IMG/VR virus record: IMGVR_UViG_3300034093_000692
Coordinates: 1-31,355 of that record
Length of the DNA: 31,355 nt
Direction: 5' to 3' (one strand)
From: a virus
Taxonomy: Duplodnaviria > Caudoviricetes
Positions 9,001-15,824 of this stretch are shown in pieces; the first letter of the stretch is position 1; each line of letters begins with the position of its first letter. Both the position numbers and the translations under genes were made by a program. The notes under the pieces are model-generated. The model searched no databases, had not been told where the DNA came from, and was given only the letters and a program-made list of their open reading frames with translations.

Positions 9001-12000
9001 CTGCATCCCCTCAGTTTGAGCATCAACGAACGCATCATCCTGCGCCTGTAAGAACGCATCGAGACCCATCGCTTCTTTGGCGCCGGCTTCCGCTGCCTTA
9101 GTTTCCTCTTTAGCAGCAGCGACGTCTCCTTTGCGACCGCGTGCTGCCTTCTTAACTTCATCCCAGAACTCAGACACGCTCATGTCCCCATACTTACCGG
9201 GGTTTTGCATGGCAAGCTCCTGGAGGAGTACGTCTGGCAGATTCCGGCTTGTTGTTCCGCGCGACCTTCCTGCGAAGATTTTATTGAAGTACGCATCCAG
9301 TTTTGGAGCGTCGTCGTAGAGGTCTCTGATCCTATTTAGGCGTCCTTCATTGTTGGCCTGCGTTTTAGACATGACGCCACCGAGAGCAATAATGTCATCA
9401 AGGATGTCTCCTTTGAACGCCCACGCGCGGGCTTTGTAGCGCTTCTTAGGAGCGGCAGGTGTAGCTGGAGGTGTGGGGACAACAGGAGGTGTGGGTGCCA
9501 CCGGAGGCGTCGGCTCCTTCTTCGTCAGGTCCTTCTTGGCCGCCTCGGCAGCATTAGCCCCTGAGAACGACTCATCCTCGAAATTGAAGTTCTTAATGTT
9601 GGTAGCGGTAGCTCCCACCTCTCCTTGAACCAGCGCGCCCATGTCCCTCATGCGGCCACCAACTCGGGTCGCCAGTTCGCGCTCAAACGGAATGTTGTCC
9701 GCGAAGAGCCACATCATCTGGGCTTTACCTCTGAGTCCGTAGCGCGCAGACCGCAGCGACACCTGCTCCACCTGAGATGCGGTCCACGGCAAGTTGACGT
9801 TGATCTGGGTTGTCGGGTGCGTTCCAGTCTTGTCGTGTAACGATAGCCCTGTGCCGCCCTTAGCCATCGTGGCGACCAGGACCATAGGCTTGTCGCCGCG
9901 CCAGAGTTCGAGATTCTTCTGGGCCCGCGCATCTGTCACCGAACCCGTGAAGATTGCGACATCGTTGGCGCCAATCTCGTTTTTGATCACGTCTTCAGCG
10001 GACGGTATCGAAATTACAGTGGTGTCAATTCGCTCCATCGTCGCTTCCAGCACGTTAATTATGCCGTCTGACAGCAACCCTTGGTAATCCGAACGCTTCG
10101 GCTTTTCGCCTCCCGTCCTCTCTGCTATGGCTTTGGCTCGCTTGAATTGCTCCTGGAGCCTCAGCTGCTCTTGAATGTCGATGCTTCTCTCTGCCTTGGT
10201 CTCAACGAATATGATCGGCCATCTTCCGGCACTGAGGGCCCGGCGTGCTTCGCTGATTGCGTTCTTGATCTTAGACGCTTCCAGCAGGCGCTTCTTGTAG
10301 TTGATGATCCACATCTTTTCAGTGCCATCGAGGGAGCCCTTTTGAGCCTCGGCTTCAGCCGCAAACGCATTGTAGGTGTTGGTCCATTCTTCATCCCCTT
10401 TGATGGGCACCAGGCGCGAATCAACTTGGCTTGCTGGCAGTCGGGTCTTTCGAGCCGTGAAGATACCTTCCTTGCGGAAGAAATTTCTCGCCGCAATTTG
10501 ATCCTGCTCGTTGGTTTTAGTTGGGAACCAAATGGTTCGGACGATGTTTCCTCCGCTGTCCCTACTCGGTGTCGCACCGTACGCAAGAGCGAACTGTTTG
10601 TAATCACCGTTGAACGAATCAAAGATTCCAGTGTTCAGTAGGTAGGCCGTCTGAGTCGGGTTCTCGAACGGCGTCGCGGTTGAGAAGATCGGGAACTTGG
10701 TCTTAAGAATCCACTCTTGAGCCTTCTTGGCCTGCTCTGATCCGCTTCCAGCCAGGTTCTTGATCGCGTGCGCTTCGTCGAAGATTATCACGTCTGAGTC
10801 TTCCGCTTGGAGATCCTTCATCTCCGAGTAGGTGATAAACTTCACGGGGCCGATATTGTAAGCCTTGAGATCCTGTTTGATCTGCTTAATCAACCCTTGA
10901 TTGAGGGTCACGTAGATGATCTTGCGGGCGAAATAATTATCCTTTATCTCGCGAATAGCAGCCCCCAACACGAAGGTCTTTCCGGTTCCAGGTGCGCTGG
11001 AAAGCATGAAGAACGGCCGGGTGTCTCGTTCCGCAAACGCTCGCACTATCATGGCCGCGTCTTCAATCTGCTCATCTCCAACTTCTCTCGGGATGCCAAA
11101 CTCTTCGCCTTGGCGGATAAGCTCCTGAGTTCCTACGTCAAGATACTTGTCAACGCCTCCGTCCAATCCGCTTCGGTCGGGCCGGTTGTCCGCATTCTCT
11201 CGGAGTTTTCGGAGTTCAACATCACGGGAATAAGCCGGGCCACTACTTCTTTGTCCGCCAGCAGCTCCCGAATCAGCTCTTGATCGCTCGATAAACTGCC
11301 CAAGACCGGCGGCAGAGATCGTGTAGAACTTGTCATTCCCGATTTGGGAATATCGTCCGCCGGCATTGGTAAGTTCTTCTTTGCGGTCGTAAGTCTTACC
11401 CCGGAGGGTGATGCTACCATCTGGGTTCTGCCGGGCGTTAATCTTGAGGCCAGTGAGGAAGGATTGGTTTTCATCGGTAAGGATTGCTTCGGCTTTCGCT
11501 CTCTCTTCTGTGACCGCGTTCTGGTATTCCGGCAGTGAGTTAATGTAGTCGCCAACTTGGCGCGAGCGCGACCCAAGGGCGGCGCTCCTGGTGCTTCGGA
11601 CCAACCACATAGCGTAGTCCGGCTGTTGCGCGAAGAGGTCTTTGACTAAGAGGGCGGCGTACTTCCCGTGGCTAACGTTTTGGTTGGCGATTGCGGGGGT
11701 AGCAGCAGGGGCGGGGCGGGGTGCGGGGGCGGGGGGCTTAGGCGCGGGCGCGGCGGGCGCAGGTTTAGGTGCAGCGGGAGTCGCCGCCGGCGCAGGAACC
11801 AGCGCGGCCCTCAAGGCTTTAATGGTCCCGACGGGATCTAACTTTAGACCGCTGTTAACACCGCTCATCTGGCCGCTATCCATCCGCATTCCGATTTCGG
11901 ATTGGGCAAATCCTTCCGCAGTTAGACGACCTCGTTCCGCTTGTGTTTGAAGTCTCTCCAGCTCGAAGTCCGCGTCTTTGTATAAAAGCGGGCTAAACCC

Positions 12001-13611
12001 GTAATTCGGAGCCTCCGTGATCGTGTACCGGAAATCAGGCGCCACCTGGAACGGGGTTGGCTCCTGTGGCGCAGTAGGCGTTTCTGCCACGGCTGGCGTT
12101 TCTGCCACGGCGGGGGTCGCCGCAGCTTCAGGCTTAGTCCACCCCGTGGTCTCATCGAACTGAAACCCAGCATCTTGCAGCTGGCGAATACGGCCAACAA
12201 AACCCTCGAAACGAATCAACTCTTCATCAGTAAGGAGAACATCAGTGACTGAGCCTTCTCCGATGGCGTCAACGATTGAGAGAAATTCCTGAGTCTCCTC
12301 AACCGTCAGCGGCTGGACTTCGGTGGGAGTAGCAGAGACCGATGTCTCGGAGGCAGCGACCGTCTCAGGAGCAACAGCGGTAACTTCGACTGGGGTCTCC
12401 TCATCAGCTACGTCGGTCTCCAGAGCCATGTCTGGAATCTTGGCTTCTTCATCTGCCGGCACAACAGCCCTACCTGGAGGTACGAGCTTAATCGGTCCAG
12501 AAGGCGCGCCGCCGGAGTTGATGCCAGCAAGGGTGGCGGTGGCGTTGGGGAGTGGGAGGTTGGGATCGCCGCCGATAGCAGCGACGCCGGCTGCTTGGCG
12601 GTCGATGATTTCCTGAAGGCGCTGCCCTCCAGGTGCAGGCCCTTCGACAAGGCGTTGCTCCTGGATCTGGCCCATCCTACGAACTCGTCCATAACGGCCT
12701 GCTCCGCCAGTCACTAATCCAACCAGGCCACCTACCGTTCCGCCGACTGAAGTCGAATCATAAACGCCTTCGCTTAGTTTCTGATCGGGGTTGTAAGTCT
12801 TCCTGGCGACTGCGTTGCCAAGCCATTGCTCTGACCCCTCCTGACCAGCTTCTCCGACCAACGGTTTTAAGATATCTTCTAGGAGGTTTTTTCCTGCCTT
12901 GCCCGCTATCGCCTGATTGATTGCCGGCACCGCTCCGATAGCTCGCTCCGTAAGCCCACCAATCGGCGCAGTGTAAAAAGCCGCTTGGTACTGTTTGGTA
13001 GGCTTTTCAGCTTGTAGGCGATTGACCTCTGTTATGTTCCCTTCAGCCAATGCCTGCGCGATCTTGGCGTCGTAAAACTGGCCAGCGCGTTGAGCCGCAT
13101 CTTCTGCGGTGCTGAATGCGTAAGCCGCTTGCCCGACACCAGGCACTATCGACACAGGAAGTGACCCTAGTCCGCTGGCGACCTGGGTGAGAAAATCATC
13201 TTCTCGAAGGGGATTGACTGGGAATGCTTCTCTTGCGCCCTCTTGAAGCGCCTTGCCCATCTGGAATGTCGGGCTGGCCTCAAGCATCGCTGCACGAGCC
13301 ATGGTTTCCTCCGGCGACACCTCCTTGACGCGCTTTTCCCAGGCTGCCTGCCTACGTTCGTAGGCCGCCATCGCAGCTGGGCTTTCAGCCTGTGCTGCTG
13401 AGATTAATGGCGCTGGCTCTTCGAGGCCTACACGCGTCAGGCCCATCATACCTCCACCGACCATGCGGCCACCTTCGCGCATGAGGGCGTTGCCAGCAGC
13501 GGGCAGCGCGCCTTGATCAATAGAATCAACAAGCTCTTGAAGCTCTTGGTCAGTGGCATCATCGGGAACCTCGATCAGGCCGATGTCCTGGATATCAATG
13601 AGCTTAGGCAT
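3058..13611 (-). CDS. Giant (3517 aa) ejection-type polyvalent protein with Strawberry-notch-like SF2 helicase and methyltransferase-like domain (DarB-like)
   Basis: APGTGKT (aa 873), IIFDEAH (945), STATP, GGTGLSLHD, LPWTASQVEQVSLRSAR; LDIGAG/FDPF/NVLNVV at aa ~1806-1867; long helical C-terminal half with hydrophobic segment; last gene of the tail/ejection operon. Confidence 0.85.
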   Translation of the reverse strand: MPKLIDIQDIGLIEVPDDATDQELQELVDSIDQGALPAAGNALMREGGRMVGGGMMGLTRVGLEEPAPLISAAQAESPAAMAAYERRQAAWEKRVKEVSPEETMARAAMLEASPTFQMGKALQEGAREAFPVNPLREDDFLTQVASGLGSLPVSIVPGVGQAAYAFSTAEDAAQRAGQFYDAKIAQALAEGNITEVNRLQAEKPTKQYQAAFYTAPIGGLTERAIGAVPAINQAIAGKAGKNLLEDILKPLVGEAGQEGSEQWLGNAVARKTYNPDQKLSEGVYDSTSVGGTVGGLVGLVTGGAGRYGRVRRMGQIQEQRLVEGPAPGGQRLQEIIDRQAAGVAAIGGDPNLPLPNATATLAGINSGGAPSGPIKLVPPGRAVVPADEEAKIPDMALETDVADEETPVEVTAVAPETVAASETSVSATPTEVQPLTVEETQEFLSIVDAIGEGSVTDVLLTDEELIRFEGFVGRIRQLQDAGFQFDETTGWTKPEAAATPAVAETPAVAETPTAPQEPTPFQVAPDFRYTITEAPNYGFSPLLYKDADFELERLQTQAERGRLTAEGFAQSEIGMRMDSGQMSGVNSGLKLDPVGTIKALRAALVPAPAATPAAPKPAPAAPAPKPPAPAPRPAPAATPAIANQNVSHGKYAALLVKDLFAQQPDYAMWLVRSTRSAALGSRSRQVGDYINSLPEYQNAVTEERAKAEAILTDENQSFLTGLKINARQNPDGSITLRGKTYDRKEELTNAGGRYSQIGNDKFYTISAAGLGQFIERSRADSGAAGGQRSSGPAYSRDVELRKLRENADNRPDRSGLDGGVDKYLDVGTQELIRQGEEFGIPREVGDEQIEDAAMIVRAFAERDTRPFFMLSSAPGTGKTFVLGAAIREIKDNYFARKIIYVTLNQGLIKQIKQDLKAYNIGPVKFITYSEMKDLQAEDSDVIIFDEAHAIKNLAGSGSEQAKKAQEWILKTKFPIFSTATPFENPTQTAYLLNTGIFDSFNGDYKQFALAYGATPSRDSGGNIVRTIWFPTKTNEQDQIAARNFFRKEGIFTARKTRLPASQVDSRLVPIKGDEEWTNTYNAFAAEAEAQKGSLDGTEKMWIINYKKRLLEASKIKNAISEARRALSAGRWPIIFVETKAERSIDIQEQLRLQEQFKRAKAIAERTGGEKPKRSDYQGLLSDGIINVLEATMERIDTTVISIPSAEDVIKNEIGANDVAIFTGSVTDARAQKNLELWRGDKPMVLVATMAKGGTGLSLHDKTGTHPTTQINVNLPWTASQVEQVSLRSARYGLRGKAQMMWLFADNIPFERELATRVGGRMRDMGALVQGEVGATATNIKNFNFEDESFSGANAAEAAKKDLTKKEPTPPVAPTPPVVPTPPATPAAPKKRYKARAWAFKGDILDDIIALGGVMSKTQANNEGRLNRIRDLYDDAPKLDAYFNKIFAGRSRGTTSRNLPDVLLQELAMQNPGKYGDMSVSEFWDEVKKAARGRKGDVAAAKEETKAAEAGAKEAMGLDAFLQAQDDAFVDAQTEGMQNAGEPDGPIQISVGSLALGDKFSVQGEQFEVTVVTPDGGYTIRDGDKFGAQQLTEYDTIFVDEPPDRGGGDAFEFPTEGPAAPAERKPRLTAKENQGDLITSTQSEQVTLLGEEGIDLEARREKAQAEARAAAEAKAAQDKAQMNLFDESPIQRAGKSAIDAIDQITRNIDENQYSDPLLLTPLAKLALQIAKGLIHTGMAVDRAIRQAVAQARQSYPNDPVNDAELSNRLISLMPDQPSQDVSSADTSLAQIPAVFKSKIFVPRGKNLDIGAGKFDLGKQYLESERGVTESVPFDPFNRSVESNRAAVNRLQSGERFGTTTVPNVLNVVAEAPARDNVILQAAQALEPNGVAYFQIYEGDRSGNGRRTSKGFQNNKKTSDYVAEVRKHFGDVRTSGNIIVASNPKASGRVSFWQLSSDPSGPTVRLTPSFDDLSDAVAEVSDAIAQFVESITPKAGITEGPTPEDSARRVLETLTNLASKAILSGIQSASRWATSLQMKLSPALQYAWDRAQGSTVEPTPEVIADVATLPERANSSDFGVIYSTPGKPVTTKRGAYEDTVAGRRSRTPEVVNAGIQLAVDAFNEAGVKFRQVGDTLFAPVDGVDQEAAGRKLIEVAKKKIAKAKADGRSDTIAELIQSLRNHFGASEAFSPDTRDELYLIGQSEASQFGINLASLRASVKDFVAMARNVRGFLTSAIYDSFNGESVKGVMDKIMTEFRGQFTEADIQKIVGEKPDLREMLNRFGVLALADTGGRVYRTVQARLTTKKPKTQKEKQEREIENEAIEQIIQNARMLGVTEPPQPPNRKLTADERLALMTKPATQAKVQKATEDAVKQAEFNAGWAVMMASAAGNEELRAQYQEAMDAKEEPDPEAIEEGLDLPKYAHWRTIRDGFLNYSPTTLKLAQDVIRGRFKGTQFGPKKVAPAAPAKINLVRLVQSPNAEMSRVIGEQLAAIEGVMDLAGASPEAKARVMQMVTANVGSQIQLARQRVLNNFLDVKAKTGPTTASDSLQRLINAGITEDKRYQSEPTRKLLKRVAKTYLTADELSGMATKTRAEKLAFLTGKLNQIVAAENLADEWMQGAVWTYLTERMMEAENAIVSQIVGAKDVSFDPAQPKTDAQLAADRAKAVDRLEGGIRAGLLDQRIAESVAKNPALQRLVPKMSDLVKRVLNTPQAGQANLAKAFSEALLSELAIDQALADKTGLALAKAFQVKFERARIQALDKATQKLTGKQREEAGPGTPLWQKIEQFVNAGGMNSAALLQSIAKKSGWKVPTDEEVSRFRDLARLEQELSTATEEEINAGITDDIKAAMNEGKRMDVMRELQMRWARMTLPIRGNKQNQARAAKEYGSANTIFKFGFITKQLIDVATQMFVYTPSRAGATAIQRFISSRDPNRTLRLWKDTATTLEDAYKARFNALNMAYKSALQAAKGRAEKDTIMGLQSGMRALDRANAEAAEYYKTGKYAQATVLRILGLAQLSYRFASSLDAFQGVLAEQQEIGAWTESQLRLQGMAPAEARKAAKTIMGDALAEYALAQTLVGDNPNIAPKDRSAAAWNVVRARQYQRIATAGLDAGDIKGITQNLRSTIGWNVEEEGGPGGVIGQAMKSTGKILSRVGIPDLLGMFSNAVAIGVNRGFTFAGGGFVPSAFEGSAWYKTETDKVQRKIEAAAGLGLSGLFVGLVLSGALRVFTHWPDDKEEADLWEREGHKPNTMELDLPGGKILRVSLSTGPFQFVRPALAAVGELQYQQARRDRLNQKAGAAAKKKGLKFEPRELTAMDIVSALGYGAWSAIAQGRTTSGLIGAGTYRGTADVGKIAAAAVSPLIPFGPLMREATAMSGAQFNPKDQTFINLLVPTPWSGKVDRNFLGDPVGTPRAQERIMSILTGGTAIVGGEDPDRAYQVLAKTGWTPATPQSNKFFQFGRVQRQATPEELTKMQEVRAVELKTRISQLDPATATKRQLDRIEDIANAKSKKAVGIR
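11708..11736 (+). other. G-tract cluster (G4,G4,G4,G5,G6), potential G-quadruplex, in a Pro/Ala linker
   Basis: GGGGCGGGGCGGGGTGCGGGGGCGGGGGG read directly. Confidence 0.55.
12077..12111. repeat. 18-bp-period tandem duplication encoding (AVAETP)x2
   Basis: GGCGTTTCTGCCACGGC at 12077-12093 and 12095-12111. Confidence 0.85.
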
Positions 13612-13614
13612 GAC

Positions 13615-14583
13615 TTATTTAGTGAGGACAAGTTTGCCGTTGATCGGATCTCGTTTCCAGACTCCTTTTACCTCAAGCGCGGGGGCCGCATTTGTTGCGG
13701 AAGGTAAACCGGGAGGCGCAACAAGCCTATCAAGTCCAGCATCTACCTCCTCCTTTGTGTACTTCATTTCAGTTTCGTTTCCTTCAGCATCTTTCACCTT
13801 GACGGTTTTAACGAAAACCGGCCGATCTGACTTCGTTGCTTTAGGTATCTTTATAAGGGCTGTTTTGCCTCCTCCAATGTCAATATATTGATATCCTTCT
13901 GGAGGTTTTTTAAGAGAAGTCCTTGCAGGCGGTTGAACTAAAGTTTCAGGGACACCTTGTGTTTGCCTAATCTCATTCAACACGTTTAACTCAGTGTCTT
14001 GTGACGGCCCACTGATTGCTGGCTCAAGATCTGCCGGTATCGCTTTCGGTTGCAGTAACATCCCCCCTTGCGACGCCAGAACCTTTTGAAGCGCGATATC
14101 GTTCTTCAGATTTTCCACCATCCCTAGCGCCACGCCCCTCTGATATGATTTGGATTTAAGGATATTAGGGTCAATTCCCTCTAGTGGTTTTCCAAGGGCT
14201 GCGGCTAATCCAGCGGTCTCGTTAAATATGTTTTGACTTTCAGATTCTTCTAATTTGGCGGCAGATGCAATCAGGTCAATGTTTCCTTTTGCATCACGGA
14301 CAAGGCTTTTTCCAAATTTAAGTCCCAGCGTGTCGTCACGCTGCTTTGCTGCTAACACGTCTGCGTCAGTTCGCCGTTTTAACTCATCCGCGCGCCCTGT
14401 TGCCGCCAACGCCGCCGCCTCTCGCCGCTGGTCAACCAGATCCTGATAATACTGCCCTCGCATCCGCGTCTCTTCAGCACGCTGCGCTGTTGCTTCCTCC
14501 CTGGCCTGGCGTTGATTCGCCAGCTGCACGCCTTGGAGGTACGACTGCCCGATGTTTTCGAGTCCTGAGAAGGGGTTTGCCAT
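13615..14583 (-). CDS. Putative ejection/internal virion protein 2 (322 aa)
   Basis: N-terminal PFSGL..IGQSYLQG followed by Q/R/E/A coiled coil; no Cys or His; middle position of three genes after the tail genes. Confidence 0.6.
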   Translation of the reverse strand: MANPFSGLENIGQSYLQGVQLANQRQAREEATAQRAEETRMRGQYYQDLVDQRREAAALAATGRADELKRRTDADVLAAKQRDDTLGLKFGKSLVRDAKGNIDLIASAAKLEESESQNIFNETAGLAAALGKPLEGIDPNILKSKSYQRGVALGMVENLKNDIALQKVLASQGGMLLQPKAIPADLEPAISGPSQDTELNVLNEIRQTQGVPETLVQPPARTSLKKPPEGYQYIDIGGGKTALIKIPKATKSDRPVFVKTVKVKDAEGNETEMKYTKEEVDAGLDRLVAPPGLPSATNAAPALEVKGVWKRDPINGKLVLTK

Positions 14584-14589
14584 AAAATT

Positions 14590-15360
14590 TTAGCTTAGTC
14601 CTTGGCGACCGTAACCTGTCGGCATTCCAGTTGAATAATTCCAATCACCACCTGTGCCAGCATTAGCGCGAGTTTGCGCCCCCAGCTGCGCGAATCCAAG
14701 GTTGGTTAACCCTGATCCAAGCGATCCGAATGCCTGACCAGCAACTCCAGTTGCGCTCGGCATACCGGCAACACCAAGCAGCGCCTGTTGCTGGGCGCCA
14801 CGCTCACCGCCTCGCAGGGCTGCTATCTGTTGCGGAGTGAACTCGTAGTTGGCTAGCGGTGCCATTGGTGTGGTTCCGATTATGTTGGCGAATTGTTGTT
14901 CACCGAGTCTTGCGGCTTCATAAGAACCCCGACCAAGGTCTCGAAGAACCAAATTCTTCCCGGCTCCACTTCCGGCAAACCCTTTCTCAAGAGCTTGACT
15001 GGCCGCTCTACGTTGAATCTGCGCCGCGACATCAGGTGGTAGTTCTCCTCGAAGCAGCGCTAGCGCGTTCTGCGTGCGCTGAGCTTGGCCTTCCTGATAA
15101 CCAGGAATCTGAATGCCGAGTGACTCCAGCAGCTGGGCGCGACTAATCGCATTTCGCTCAGCCTCCATTTCACGGGCACGAGGCGCGTTTAGGGAGGATT
15201 CTCCCATCACTGAGCCAATGTTGATTCCCGGGAGGTTAGCGGCGTCACGGCCTTGCCGGCGTGCTGCGCTGGCAGACGATGCCGACATACCGGCACCAAT
15301 CCCTGCCGACACAATTCCGCCTGCGATTACTGGCCCAACTGCTGATGCGAATATTGACAT
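14590..15360 (-). CDS. Putative ejection/DNA-transfer protein 1 (256 aa; role analogous to P22 gp7/T7 gp14)
   Basis: Gly/Ala-rich hydrophobic N-terminus (GPVIAGGIVSAGIGAGMSASSASAA), Q/A-rich body, Gly-rich C-terminus; no Cys or His. Confidence 0.7.
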   Translation of the reverse strand: MSIFASAVGPVIAGGIVSAGIGAGMSASSASAARRQGRDAANLPGINIGSVMGESSLNAPRAREMEAERNAISRAQLLESLGIQIPGYQEGQAQRTQNALALLRGELPPDVAAQIQRRAASQALEKGFAGSGAGKNLVLRDLGRGSYEAARLGEQQFANIIGTTPMAPLANYEFTPQQIAALRGGERGAQQQALLGVAGMPSATGVAGQAFGSLGSGLTNLGFAQLGAQTRANAGTGGDWNYSTGMPTGYGRQGLS

Positions 15361-15824
15361 AGTAAGTATTGATTTTCCCTCACGGACGCAATGTCGTTCA
15401 GGATGTCTTCGTGATCCGTCTTATTGCTGGGGTTTAAGTGGACCGTCGTCCAAGTGGTATCTTCATGGATAAACAGCACACGGCGGGTTCCTGGCTTCGT
15501 GATGCCAGAATACGGCGCTACGTAGGTGACTAGACCTTCGTTCTCGCTAATGACCGTGACCCTGCCTTTGGTGATGAAGAACGGGTTGTCGAACTTATGG
15601 ATGCGACTGGTTACGATTGACCCAGCCGGCATGAAGATTTCACGCACGTACATCCCCTCTGGGAACGTGTGTTTTAGCGGACACTCCTGTTGAGGAAGAT
15701 TCGCCACAAACGCTTCCCATCTGTCCAGACGATCGTCGAACGTGATAGTTTCATCCGTCAGGATGTCGAGCCACGTCACCGGCTGCGTCGCTACTGGAAG
15801 CTCTTCGGTAATCAGGGTCATCAT
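15327..15824 (-). CDS. Cupin-fold phage protein
   Basis: HTFPEGMYVREIFMPAGSIVTSRIHK...FITKGRVTV...APY...KPGTRR...HEDTTWTTVH matches the double-stranded beta-helix pattern of a phage cupin family. Confidence 0.75.
   Translation of the reverse strand: MMTLITEELPVATQPVTWLDILTDETITFDDRLDRWEAFVANLPQQECPLKHTFPEGMYVREIFMPAGSIVTSRIHKFDNPFFITKGRVTVISENEGLVTYVAPYSGITKPGTRRVLFIHEDTTWTTVHLNPSNKTDHEDILNDIASVRENQYLLCQYSHQQLGQ

Noticed and set aside
3058-13611. Virion RNA polymerase (N4/crAss-like) as identity of the giant protein
   Set aside because: No DxDGD/DFDID or single-subunit RNAP motifs found; recognisable motifs are helicase and MTase
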